Origin: a virus
Lineage: Duplodnaviria; Heunggongvirae; Uroviricota; Caudoviricetes
Direction: 5' to 3' (one strand)
IMG/VR virus record: IMGVR_UViG_2881684137_000004
Span: 64,001-128,000 of that record
DNA length: 64,000 nt
Shown: piece after piece, positions 48,443 to 57,723 of the stretch
How positions within the stretch are numbered: position 1 is the first letter of the stretch
Layout: every line of letters starts with the position of its first letter
The notes under the pieces: generated by a model
Databases searched by the model: none
Told to the model about the DNA's origin: nothing
Seen by the model: the letters and a program-made list of their open reading frames with translations, nothing else
Program-made: the position numbers and the translations under genes

Positions 48443-48757
48443 CTAAATGATTTTTAAACTAATCTCATCTTTCGGGAACTCGGCATCAATCTTTAACCTG
48501 TCAAAACGAAGCCTTATTTTTTCAGGTAATTTAAATGGGGACGCCCTGTCTTCTTTTAAGACCTTTAAAACAGTCCCTGTATCTCCTCTTCTTATGACGT
48601 ATCCAAAAAGACCATCAAATGATATTGGTATTGATTTTTCATTCAATACTTCAAACCTATCTCCTTCTTTCAAATTGATCCACATCCTTTGAAATAGCAA
48701 ATTCATATTACCATTTAATAATAAAATAATCTTGCTGATCGTCACTGGACTGCTCAA
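48443..48757 (-). CDS. Hypothetical protein (start uncertain)
   Basis: ORF track. Confidence 0.45.
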   Translation of the reverse strand: MSSPVTISKIILLLNGNMNLLFQRMWINLKEGDRFEVLNEKSIPISFDGLFGYVIRRGDTGTVLKVLKEDRASPFKLPEKIRLRFDRLKIDAEFPKDEISLKII

Positions 48758-48989
48758 CTGTATAGCTTAACTTAATAAGTTCTGTTTTTGCTTTCTCTTG
48801 CAGAGGAGCAAAAGAAATCCATGGTATCCTATTCAATCTGCTATTTGTAGCAATTTTTAAAGTGTAGCTCGCACTTTCTGCTTGTTGTCTAATTGAGTAA
48901 AATAACTCTGCTTTAAATTCTTCAAACCATCGTTCTGCATTTTCTTTCTCTGTCTTTTCAGAAATAGCATGAGCTTCAGATGCATTCAT
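48708..48989 (-). CDS. Hypothetical protein
   Basis: AAGGAG RBS. Confidence 0.55.
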   Translation of the reverse strand: MNASEAHAISEKTEKENAERWFEEFKAELFYSIRQQAESASYTLKIATNSRLNRIPWISFAPLQEKAKTELIKLSYTVEQSSDDQQDYFIIKW

Positions 48990-49000
48990 GTGAACACTCC

Positions 49001-49759
49001 TTAAAATGTTTTATTTAAACCATTAAACTTGATGTATTGATATGCTTTAAAAAAATCAATAGCTGCAAAACTTCTAATATATTCGTAATGTCTTATTTGT
49101 TCCTTACACATATCACCATTTAAATATCTTGAGTTGGCATTATTAAGGTATTCATGCACGTCTCTTTCCTTTTCTAAAGCAATCCATACATTCTGCATTA
49201 ACTCATCAAGTTTACCATTAACCTCAGCGACAGCTTGCTTTATGTCCTCTTGCAATGAAACTGCGTCTACATCTCCTTTCAGCTCGCCGAATAAATATTG
49301 CAATTTTGAAAGCTCACTTTTTGTAACGCCTGTATAGCTTTCGCCGAGTGTGAATATAGTATTCTGAGCTTGAATATATTTATCTTTAAGCTGAACCAAC
49401 ATGTTCTTTTCTCTGTTTTTGTGTTTCAGATTTTTTAGTATGTTAGAATAAATTAATCTGCTTATACAAACCAAGATGATTAATACCAGGGTTATCAACA
49501 TTATTTTACTTATGGTAATATTAACACTAGGGATGATACGAATCTCTCTTTCTTCTTTTGCAAAAGAAACGTATGAAATAACAAATGACCCTATTGTTAG
49601 TAAAAGTCCAGCTGCAACAAGAGCAAGGTAAGATTCATCAAGCTCATCTCCATAAATTAAATGAAGAATAAATCCAAATAAAATAAGCACACATACACAA
49701 AAAATTAGAACAAATGCTGGATTATAAAAATAATAGTATATATAAATATCATCAGTCAT
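49001..49759 (-). CDS. Membrane protein with a coiled-coil tail
   Basis: Three TM segments. Confidence 0.6.
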   Translation of the reverse strand: MTDDIYIYYYFYNPAFVLIFCVCVLILFGFILHLIYGDELDESYLALVAAGLLLTIGSFVISYVSFAKEEREIRIIPSVNITISKIMLITLVLIILVCISRLIYSNILKNLKHKNREKNMLVQLKDKYIQAQNTIFTLGESYTGVTKSELSKLQYLFGELKGDVDAVSLQEDIKQAVAEVNGKLDELMQNVWIALEKERDVHEYLNNANSRYLNGDMCKEQIRHYEYIRSFAAIDFFKAYQYIKFNGLNKTF

Positions 49760-49869
49760 TTGTTTTCCTCCAGTTTAAACATTAAAATCTCATATTCATT
49801 CAAATGCAAAATACTTTTTAGCTTTTCAACTACCGAATCACTCATTGTTGGTCGCTTCTATAAAAACAC

Positions 49870-50061
49870 TTAACAAACTGCCAGAACCCTGCTATCCAGC
49901 CATTTATGATAGATGTCAATGACCTTTTTAGTATCTTCAGTTTCAGGTTTAATCAACGAATAAAATAACTCCCCTTTTACCTCTAACAATTCTAAAAAAT
50001 CTTTTTGTAAATGTGATAATTCTACAATTAATTCATTTTCAGCAAATTCTACAAGCTTCAT
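49870..50061 (-). CDS. Hypothetical protein
   Basis: GGAGAG RBS. Confidence 0.5.
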   Translation of the reverse strand: MKLVEFAENELIVELSHLQKDFLELLEVKGELFYSLIKPETEDTKKVIDIYHKWLDSRVLAVC

Positions 50062-50227
50062 TCAACACTCTCCATGTATGTATTTATTCTTTTTTGTGTG
50101 GTTTCAATTTCGTTTTCAAGCAATTTTATTTTATCGTCACTAAACTTCCCTTTAGATTTCTCAAGCAGAATTAACTCATACTTTTGCTGTTCCAGGAATG
50201 ATATAATATTCAATTTAATGCTCCTTA

Positions 50228-50566
50228 TTAGGCGTATGTTGCTTTATTATTTTTCGATAGTATATGTTTTATCATTTCAATGTATTCTCTTTCTTTTGCC
50301 TGATCCACGGATAAATCTTTAACTAAATTCAGATAAAACTCATAGGAGAATTTTCCTAAATCATCTAATTTAATATGCTCTTCCCTATTATTACAATAAA
50401 TCTTCGTCGAAAATCCAGTATTATTTTCATGTAATTCAAATGTTACATCTTCTAAGTTCTTCTGTTCATTTAACACTTCATTAATCATTTGTTCTGTTAA
50501 AAATGCTGATTTCTTTTTAATTTTATTGAAAAGATAGTCACGTTCAATGAATCTTACTCGCTTCAT
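50228..50566 (-). CDS. Hypothetical protein
   Basis: AAGGAG RBS. Confidence 0.55.
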   Translation of the reverse strand: MKRVRFIERDYLFNKIKKKSAFLTEQMINEVLNEQKNLEDVTFELHENNTGFSTKIYCNNREEHIKLDDLGKFSYEFYLNLVKDLSVDQAKEREYIEMIKHILSKNNKATYA

Positions 50567-50603
50567 TTGTATCTCTCCTTTTTAATAGAATGAAATCTAT
50601 CTT

Positions 50604-50852
50604 TTAATCTATTTTACTTGTAACCCACCTTAAAAGACGATTAAGCCAGTTTTGCTTTTGTTCTTGCGTCGAAGAAGATTTTCCTTCAATTATGTCAATC
50701 ATCATTTGCAGGGATACACTCTTATCTTTGTTCATGGTAATGTATTTATTATACTTTACAATCCACATGCCATTCTTACAAACAACCCTATGAGAAGTCT
50801 TCTTACTGTTTCTTGAAGGGGAAAATAAATCTGTATAATGATGAAAATTCAA
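50604..50852 (-). CDS. Hypothetical protein
   Basis: ORF track. Confidence 0.45.
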   Translation of the reverse strand: MNFHHYTDLFSPSRNSKKTSHRVVCKNGMWIVKYNKYITMNKDKSVSLQMMIDIIEGKSSSTQEQKQNWLNRLLRWVTSKID

Positions 50853-50853
50853 T

Positions 50854-51048
50854 TCAACTTCCCTCCTTTTTATAGTACATATTTAATACTTGCTCACTAA
50901 TATTGTACAGATAGCTGCCTTCAACTGTTTCAAGCGTGTAACATTTGATTTCGCCATCGACATGAACAATTGAATAACGATTCTCTATTGTTGCCGATTT
51001 GCCAGTAAGAGTATTGTACATTTTCGTCTTCAGTTTGTATTTATACAC
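50854..51048 (-). CDS. Hypothetical protein
   Basis: AAGGAG RBS. Confidence 0.5.
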   Translation of the reverse strand: MYKYKLKTKMYNTLTGKSATIENRYSIVHVDGEIKCYTLETVEGSYLYNISEQVLNMYYKKEGS

Positions 51049-51130
51049 TTTCTCACTCCTTGCTAATATAAGTTGTAAAAGGCGAATTATCTCAAACCCA
51101 TTCTTTTGTTGTATAAATTACAATATCTCA

Positions 51131-51658
51131 CTAAAACCATTCTTTGTTTAATAGTTCATAATACTCTCTATGTATAACACCACACTTTTCTTTAACTTTG
51201 ATAGCACCCGATAGGTTAGAAACTTCTTTTACAGTAAACACGTCACCTTTCTTGAATAGATATGCTTTGTCATAATGCCAGGACGAGTCACGAATAATTC
51301 GAATATTGCTACCTCTTGTCGGATTTTTAGGAAATACTGGTTTATAAACCGCACTATACCTTTTATGAGGAATAAAAATTTCATAATGATTTGGTGCTGC
51401 ACCCATATACTTACTATCACTCGTATATACACCACCATTACCAATACGGTCAATTCTTATCAAATCCTCATCTTCTATAAAGTGATGGAATAAGTCTGCT
51501 TCATTCCAAAAATCATCCATTCCTCTGTGATACGACAATTTATAAAACATTACATAATATCCGACTCGAAGGGAATCCACCTTCACCACCGGTACAGTGT
51601 ACCACTGAGCTAGGAAATTGTCATAAAGTTGAACACGCAAGTCTAACATACTGGTCAA
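51131..51658 (-). CDS. Hypothetical protein
   Basis: 175 aa. Confidence 0.55.
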   Translation of the reverse strand: MTSMLDLRVQLYDNFLAQWYTVPVVKVDSLRVGYYVMFYKLSYHRGMDDFWNEADLFHHFIEDEDLIRIDRIGNGGVYTSDSKYMGAAPNHYEIFIPHKRYSAVYKPVFPKNPTRGSNIRIIRDSSWHYDKAYLFKKGDVFTVKEVSNLSGAIKVKEKCGVIHREYYELLNKEWF

Positions 51659-51767
51659 CCCCTACAGTAAGTTTTATTTTCATTAGTCATTTTGATATGA
51701 ATTATTATAATACTTATCACTGTTATAAAGTTCATGGCAACGCTGCAATGTATTTTCAATTTGCATA

Positions 51768-51986
51768 TTATTTATTCCGATACTTTTTAATTTTGCATTG
51801 GCAGTCTTCGGATAATTTCTTTTTAAGTTCAATGATCTGTTCTCTAAAATCGCTAATTATTATATCGCGTTCATGTATTTCTTCTAGTAGAATATTAATA
51901 TCTTGCCAGGCTTGTCGTGGATCAATATCAACTCGTGCAACATTCTCGAATCTATCCTTAATCACGTCTAATCGTGTCATTTCCAA
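51768..51986 (-). CDS. Hypothetical coiled-coil protein
   Basis: GGGAGG RBS. Confidence 0.55.
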   Translation of the reverse strand: MEMTRLDVIKDRFENVARVDIDPRQAWQDINILLEEIHERDIIISDFREQIIELKKKLSEDCQCKIKKYRNK

Positions 51987-52233
51987 CCTCCCATTCTTTC
52001 GTTTGAAAGACTTATTTTATTTGCTAAGATACGGTCGGAAGGTAGGGGATGGATTCTACATAACCTGAAAATGACGGATACTTGTCTTTGCGCTCTTTGA
52101 TATAATTAAGTGCCTCCGCTTCAGTGTCAAAAACTCCCTCACAGACCAACTCATCACCATAATCACTCGTCAAGACTAAAAACTTTTCCATTTTCATCAA
52201 CCTCCTGCTTTATAATAAAATACTTCTTTTATA

Positions 52234-52539
52234 CTACAAATTATATTTCACTTTAATTCTATGATCATATTTCTCTAGCTCCACTTTTAAGAACTCAGAA
52301 TAAGCTTCTGCAATTTGTCCTGAAGCCCCGTATGATCCACTTAAGCTTATTGAATTCTCGTATCTACGAGATATATCTGCTCCAGTTGACCATCCCCAGG
52401 GTTGTCTATGATTGCCTAGCGAGAATGAAAATTTTTTGGGTAAGTTTTCAACTATTTGATCAATCTCGGTATCCTTGATTTCTTTATTTGATGAAAAATA
52501 AATACTCCATCCCACAGCAATCTCTCCGATCCTCATCAT
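52234..52539 (-). CDS. Hypothetical protein
   Basis: ORF track. Confidence 0.55.
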   Translation of the reverse strand: MMRIGEIAVGWSIYFSSNKEIKDTEIDQIVENLPKKFSFSLGNHRQPWGWSTGADISRRYENSISLSGSYGASGQIAEAYSEFLKVELEKYDHRIKVKYNL

Positions 52540-52711
52540 TTATTGATTTTCAAATAATAACTCCTTCGCCTGTTCAATAAACATAATGGCGTTTTTTATG
52601 TAGTGCTCTCTATTGTCATTGTAATCTCCAGATCTCAAAGCGTATTCAAGCTCATCAATTGCTACGTCTAACTTATGCTTTATTGTCATCTTATATATGT
52701 CATCCTTTCAT

Positions 52712-53014
52712 TCAGACCACTCTTATTTTGTGCTTTGTAATTGTTTTATCATCTAGATGCCAACCAACAGAACCATGCTCACTACCAAAAAACAGCATAA
52801 GTTTATACTCCATTGAAAATCCGACAAATGCATATCTTGATGTGCAGCCATTTAATCGAACTTTGTCTGCTGTCTTTAGTGCTATTCCATTTATGTCTTT
52901 TAGACCAGTTTTCAATCCTTTGGGAATCCATTTATCAGAAATAGTGCAGCCTTTACCTACATCCATGTGCCTTGTCCTCCATTTAACTACCAATGAATAG
53001 AATCCTTTTATCAA
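52712..53014 (-). CDS. Hypothetical phage protein
   Basis: TGLKDING...DKV (YopX-like fragment possible). Confidence 0.5.
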   Translation of the reverse strand: MIKGFYSLVVKWRTRHMDVGKGCTISDKWIPKGLKTGLKDINGIALKTADKVRLNGCTSRYAFVGFSMEYKLMLFFGSEHGSVGWHLDDKTITKHKIRVV

Positions 53015-53035
53015 GACTTCTAAATCTTATCATTG

Positions 53036-53389
53036 TTATCTGAAATTCATCTTCTTGCTCATAAACTCACCGAACATGTTTCTCATCGTATCCCAATCAA
53101 CATCACCATGCTTGCTTACAACCCATAAAGCGCCCCACACCATTGCGGCTTGAATTTCTGTAGGTTTATCTTTTCCGTTTCCTGTATAAAGCCAATCTTC
53201 TAGACTAAAATAAGCGCTTAGAGTGGTGCCCCGTTTTTCCAGTTTGTCCTCACAGTCAGCCAGTGTTTTAAACAGCATTCTTACAGTTTCTTCGTGTGAT
53301 AAGTTTGCAAAACCTTTACCGTCAACAAACTCAATAATGTCTGTGTTCCCTATTCTTCTAGTAATCCTATTCACAAATAATACCTCCAA
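53036..53389 (-). CDS. Hypothetical protein
   Basis: ORF track; own promoter. Confidence 0.6.
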   Translation of the reverse strand: MEVLFVNRITRRIGNTDIIEFVDGKGFANLSHEETVRMLFKTLADCEDKLEKRGTTLSAYFSLEDWLYTGNGKDKPTEIQAAMVWGALWVVSKHGDVDWDTMRNMFGEFMSKKMNFR

Positions 53390-53413
53390 TCAGAAATTGT
53401 TTCCTTTAATTAG

Positions 53414-53442
53414 AATATACCAGTTTATATATGTAAAGTCAA
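53414..53442 (-). promoter_or_regulatory. sigA promoter overlapped by the same operator-like site as at 40063
   Basis: TTGACT-N17-TATATT. Confidence 0.65.
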
Positions 53443-53480
53443 CAATTTTATTATTTTTATTTTTTAAATAAATAGGCTAT

Positions 53481-53510
53481 GTATATCTATATTTTTACAC
53501 GGCAATAATG
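53481..53510 (+). promoter_or_regulatory. sigF/sigG-type (forespore) promoter
   Basis: GTATA-N15-GGCAATAATG matches the B. subtilis sigF consensus GYWTA-N15-GGNRANANTW closely. Confidence 0.6.
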
Positions 53511-53531
53511 ATCGTAAATTAAAGCAATGAG

Positions 53532-53996
53532 GTGAATCATTTGAGCAAAAAAAGAGATGACTCCTGGTTAGAAAGTGATGATAAGTTGTTAATAAAGACT
53601 GTTCTCAAGCATATTACAAATGGAAGCACTCAATTATGTGCTTTCGAGGAGGCCAGTCAAAAATTAAATCGAACTACAGCAGCTTGTGGATTTAGATGGA
53701 ATAGCAATTTAAGAAAAAATAACAAGGAAAAGATATCATTAGCTAAAAAAGAACGTTTCAAGCATAAAAATAGCGAAACGGAATTGGCTGAGACCCCATC
53801 TACTCTTCTGAATAAACTGGCGCAATATATTGCTGATATTGAATCTGTTATCGCGATTCAGAAAGAGGAAATTGATAAGCTCAATAAAGAATTGGCATTG
53901 CAGCAACCTAGCACAGTAGCAAGCGAAGATTTCCATTCACTCCTGGAAATACTATCTAAAGCAAGAGAAATCGGATATCTTGAGAAAGCATATTAA
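53532..53996 (+). CDS. rsfA: RsfA-family sporulation transcription regulator
   Basis: RDDSW..DD.LL...VLKHI..GSTQL.AFEE....LNRT.AACGFRWNS. Confidence 0.9.
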   Translation: MNHLSKKRDDSWLESDDKLLIKTVLKHITNGSTQLCAFEEASQKLNRTTAACGFRWNSNLRKNNKEKISLAKKERFKHKNSETELAETPSTLLNKLAQYIADIESVIAIQKEEIDKLNKELALQQPSTVASEDFHSLLEILSKAREIGYLEKAY

Positions 53997-54002
53997 ACGT
54001 AA

Positions 54003-54038
54003 AAAGAGATTGACTTATTCATTAAGCTCAATCTCTTT
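54003..54038. terminator. Bidirectional intrinsic terminator
   Basis: AAAGAGATTGA...TCAATCTCTTT between convergent genes. Confidence 0.7.
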
Positions 54039-54089
54039 TATCACTCATCTAAAATGTAAAGTTTATTTATAAAGAATAGTATTTCCATA

Positions 54090-54245
54090 TTATTTAACAG
54101 TTAATATTTTTAATCTTTTGTATTCGGCCCTACCAGTTTTTTCAGCTTTCTCAATCACTTCGGCTGGATTGTCAAGCCCCCATGATTTTAGATAATCAAA
54201 CAGTCTATCCTTGATAAATTGACCCTTACCAACCACTAAAAACAT
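54090..54245 (-). CDS. 51-aa protein downstream of mazF (not in ORF track)
   Basis: MFLVVGKGQFIKDRLFDYLKSWG...; AAGGAG RBS. Confidence 0.6.
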   Translation of the reverse strand: MFLVVGKGQFIKDRLFDYLKSWGLDNPAEVIEKAEKTGRAEYKRLKILTVK

Positions 54246-54259
54246 ATTAATCTCTCCTT

Positions 54260-54625
54260 TTAATTTAGTTTGCGTCCAACACTTATATCAAGAGCGTCAA
54301 ATACTTTTTCCATGTCTTCTTCAGAGATTTCTGTCTTTTTTTCAATCAAACGATCTTTATCGATCGTTCTTAGTTGTTCAGCTAGCACATAACTATCGTG
54401 CTCTAATTTGTTTTTATCTTTATCCAAAAAAACATGAGTTGGCATTAGTTTTTTTACTTTTGTTGTTAGGCAAGCCACTACAGTAGTAGGGCTAAAACGG
54501 TTGCCGATATCATTTTGAACAATTAATACAGTTCTCAAACCTCCCTGCTCCGAACCAACCACTCCAGACATGTCAGCATACCATACTTCTCTTCTTTTAT
54601 AGGTTCTCATTTTTATGTACCTCAT
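54260..54625 (-). CDS. mazF: PemK/MazF-family endoribonuclease (NdoA-like)
   Basis: VWYADMSGVVGSEQGGLRTVLIVQNDIGNRFSPTTVVACLTT. Confidence 0.92.
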   Translation of the reverse strand: MRYIKMRTYKRREVWYADMSGVVGSEQGGLRTVLIVQNDIGNRFSPTTVVACLTTKVKKLMPTHVFLDKDKNKLEHDSYVLAEQLRTIDKDRLIEKKTEISEEDMEKVFDALDISVGRKLN

Positions 54626-54654
54626 TTTTATAATTTCTTCTTCTGTTAATATGA

Positions 54655-54683
54655 ATTATACACATTACCTTTCTATCTAGCAA
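54655..54683 (-). promoter_or_regulatory. sigA promoter for mazF
   Basis: TTGCTA-N17-TATAAT. Confidence 0.6.
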
Positions 54684-54742
54684 TGGAACAAATGTTCTAT
54701 TTTATTTTAAGTCAATACTCATCTTTGTAACAACAATTAATA

Positions 54743-54771
54743 TTGACATACTGACACTTTTATGATATAGA
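54743..54771 (+). promoter_or_regulatory. sigA promoter
   Basis: TTGACA-N17-TATAGA with TG extension. Confidence 0.6.
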
Positions 54772-54807
54772 AATAATTACAACATTTTAAAGGAGACGAT
54801 AATTAAA

Positions 54808-55326
54808 TTGCTAATATATGAGACCAATTCAACATTTCCCATCAAAAATCCTACGCCTGGTCAAACATACATAACAACACTATTAGCTGTCAATAGTTTT
54901 GATATCTGTGCTCATATTAAAGACCCCACTCCTTCAGAGATTAGGGTTTTCAAGGAAAATGATTTATTCTTCAATATTTATTTCGAAAAAGATATTCCTT
55001 TCATTTCAATTGCCTATTCTAACTCACCTTGGACTTATGATTGTACAATAAACTTAGCAATAGAGAATGTAGAAACCAGGGAAGCATTCTTACAACAAGG
55101 TAACATAGTTAATTTATTATTAATTGATGCTCAAACAAATTTACTAATAGCAATTAGAACACTCGGGATGTACCAAGACGGCATGAGTGCAATAAAAGAA
55201 GCATGTAAAAATCAATTAGTAAAAGAAGGCTTCGAAGTAAAAAGGGATGCTGATATCATCTTGAATGTGAATAGTACACAGGATTTAATAAGAAAAAGCC
55301 AAATTAAATATCGCTTTAGAAAATAA
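54808..55326 (+). CDS. Hypothetical protein
   Basis: 172 aa; AAGGAG RBS, own promoter and terminator. Confidence 0.7.
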   Translation: MLIYETNSTFPIKNPTPGQTYITTLLAVNSFDICAHIKDPTPSEIRVFKENDLFFNIYFEKDIPFISIAYSNSPWTYDCTINLAIENVETREAFLQQGNIVNLLLIDAQTNLLIAIRTLGMYQDGMSAIKEACKNQLVKEGFEVKRDADIILNVNSTQDLIRKSQIKYRFRK

Positions 55327-55368
55327 AGAATAAGCCTACTCTGATGTTTCGCGAGTAGGCTTATTCTT
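55326..55368. terminator. Bidirectional terminator, perfect 16-bp stem
   Basis: AAGAATAAGCCTACTC-N11-GAGTAGGCTTATTCTT. Confidence 0.8.
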
Positions 55369-55372
55369 GACT

Positions 55373-56212
55373 TTATAGTGTAAATTCGACAAACACAGGA
55401 CTCCTCAACATATTATTTTTAGTCCAATTCCGTGTTTTCACTTTGATTTTTATCTTCGGTTCTAAATAAATAAAATTATTGTCTTCTTTACATATAAGCT
55501 GTTTGCTAAACAATTTAAAAGCGCGTTTCTGTTCAGGTGATACGCCGAATTCGACAATTCCAGAAGGAGTAAATAAACCGTCCGGATTGGTTGTTGAAGT
55601 TAGCCATCCGAACTTCTTTTTTCTTAATCCACTGATAGTGACATCGGCATATATCCAGTTGATTACTTTTCTCCAACTTTTTCTTCTGGTGTCTGGTATA
55701 TAACTTGAGAACAAATCTTTAATGACAATACCCTCTAGACCAAATCGTTTCACAACCTCAAAATAAGCCGTAGCTGACCCGTTAACAGGTTGTATCAATT
55801 TATAATGACTTGTTTCTTCAAATGCCTCAGAGAGCAATTTCTTTCGCTCTAAAAGGGATAATGAAGTAACATCAATCCCTCTATACCTAAGAATATCGAA
55901 AGCACAAAAAACAACAGACACTTTGCTTTTTTTTGATTGAAATCTAGACATTACTGCTTCAAAGTCGGGATGGCCATTTTCATCAGTTACAATCAACTCC
56001 CCATCCAAGATAGTCCCCTCATCAATTGGAGTATCTAACAATTCAGGAAATTTGGATGTTACATTATTATTGTGTCTTGTATATAATCTTACTTTATCTG
56101 TCTTTGAAACAATGAGCCTTATACCATCAAGCTTAAGTTCTGTTAATGTGTTTGGTGTGTCGCGCACCAAATTATTATCAGCGTAAGTTAATAGCATTGG
56201 GGGAATAAACAC
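55373..56212 (-). CDS. ligB: Short ATP-dependent DNA ligase, SPbeta LigB-like
   Basis: PPMLL, ELKLDGIR, LDGEL, AFDIL, EGIVIK, LRSPVF. Confidence 0.9.
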   Translation of the reverse strand: MFIPPMLLTYADNNLVRDTPNTLTELKLDGIRLIVSKTDKVRLYTRHNNNVTSKFPELLDTPIDEGTILDGELIVTDENGHPDFEAVMSRFQSKKSKVSVVFCAFDILRYRGIDVTSLSLLERKKLLSEAFEETSHYKLIQPVNGSATAYFEVVKRFGLEGIVIKDLFSSYIPDTRRKSWRKVINWIYADVTISGLRKKKFGWLTSTTNPDGLFTPSGIVEFGVSPEQKRAFKLFSKQLICKEDNNFIYLEPKIKIKVKTRNWTKNNMLRSPVFVEFTL

Positions 56213-56276
56213 ATTATCACCTCAATGCTATCTTAAAATAGTTATTTGATTACATCAATATTAATGATATTACCAA

Positions 56277-56711
56277 TTATACCAACATTCTGTTAACTGC
56301 ATTGGCAATTGTTTTATTATCAGCCCTCCCTTTTAACAAAGGAATGATTTGTTTCATTATCGGACCTTTGTTTTTATCATCAAAAATCATTTTGGAAACT
56401 ATTTCAAACACTTCATCTTCGTTTAACAGAATTGGCAGATAATCTTTAAGTATTTTATTCTCATCAGAAAGTTTCGTAACAAAATCTAAATCTCCGCGAA
56501 TCTCATATGCAGCAATAGACTCCTCATTTTGCTTTCTAAGCGTTTGAATTAGTGATATTACTTCTGATTCGTCAATCTCTCTAAATAGCTCTTTCTCGCG
56601 CTTCTGGACACGATCAATAACAAATCTGATAACTACCAGTTTATCCTTTTCCTTGTCTTTCATGGCTTGTTTCATATCAGTTTTTAGTTTCTCTTTAATT
56701 GTGTTTGTCAT
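56277..56711 (-). CDS. GatB/YqeY domain protein
   Basis: IKEKLKTDMKQAMKDKEK...YLP..L.E...KGRAD. Confidence 0.88.
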   Translation of the reverse strand: MTNTIKEKLKTDMKQAMKDKEKDKLVVIRFVIDRVQKREKELFREIDESEVISLIQTLRKQNEESIAAYEIRGDLDFVTKLSDENKILKDYLPILLNEDEVFEIVSKMIFDDKNKGPIMKQIIPLLKGRADNKTIANAVNRMLV

Positions 56712-56737
56712 TCTTATTACTCCTCTTCTTATTAACA

Positions 56738-56950
56738 TTATTTTTCTATTTCTCTGCTCATTACATAATGCTTTTCATCTTCTTCACACGCTGACACCTC
56801 CGAGCACAGTAACCATCCGTACTGGCCTAGTTCCTCTAAGGCACACATTAAACTACGCCAATTCCTGGTATTGAATTGATTATGAGCATTAATAAAAAAT
56901 ATTTCTCCATCGTCTCTGATGTGTATTTTAGCATATTCATATTTCTTCAC
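56738..56950 (-). CDS. Hypothetical protein (DUF4177-like)
   Basis: KYEY...LEELGQYGWLL. Confidence 0.55.
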   Translation of the reverse strand: MKKYEYAKIHIRDDGEIFFINAHNQFNTRNWRSLMCALEELGQYGWLLCSEVSACEEDEKHYVMSREIEK

Positions 56951-57564
56951 TTGTTGGTAACTCCCTCTTTCTCATTGACTGTTAATTCTACTGCATACTT
57001 TACTTGATTAATTCGATCAATACCAACACACGCCATCCAATCATTTTCAATATCCCACCAAAAATCGTTATAGCCTGAACTTGGTTGTGAAAAGATATTT
57101 TCTATGGTACTTAATGACCATCCCATGTCACACCATTCTTTATAGCCATAAGGAGTTTTTGATACATGATCTATACACGCCAAGGTGTCTTCAACCCGAT
57201 TCTTGTTACAAATAGTAAATAATTCTCTTTTCTTTTTGTCTTTTATTCCTGTTCCAACAACCCTATAATTATCCCAGTCTTTGGTAATCCTGTTGATCGA
57301 CTTGGGCAGTGCACCCCATTCAAATTCAGCAGACCCCATGTAATCAAATCGAATTAGAGAATCAATATTAACAATATCATTAGTTAATCGAGTATCCTGA
57401 CCTTTAAACCTGCCTCGCTGAATGAGCCAAGACTTCATTTTTAGATTTTTTATATTCTTCTTTATTCCAATAATTTTACTAATTCGATTTTCAGTTTTCT
57501 CTTTCCATAATCCATTGAATACATTCCTGTGATAATATTTCCTCTCATCTAAGTTGAAAAACAC
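56947..57564 (-). CDS. Hypothetical phage protein
   Basis: FDYMGSAEFEWGALPKS. Confidence 0.65.
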   Translation of the reverse strand: MFFNLDERKYYHRNVFNGLWKEKTENRISKIIGIKKNIKNLKMKSWLIQRGRFKGQDTRLTNDIVNIDSLIRFDYMGSAEFEWGALPKSINRITKDWDNYRVVGTGIKDKKKRELFTICNKNRVEDTLACIDHVSKTPYGYKEWCDMGWSLSTIENIFSQPSSGYNDFWWDIENDWMACVGIDRINQVKYAVELTVNEKEGVTNK

Positions 57565-57723
57565 TTCATTGATTCCGTCAGTGTACCTCTCACCTTTTTT
57601 TCAATTTTTCAATTGTAGTCATATTGGTCATCTCTTTTCTAATTTCTATTTTTTATTACTAGGAAATCGTTGTTTTAAACTATAACAATTTTTAACTGGT
57701 CATACTTTAAGACAAAATACCGA

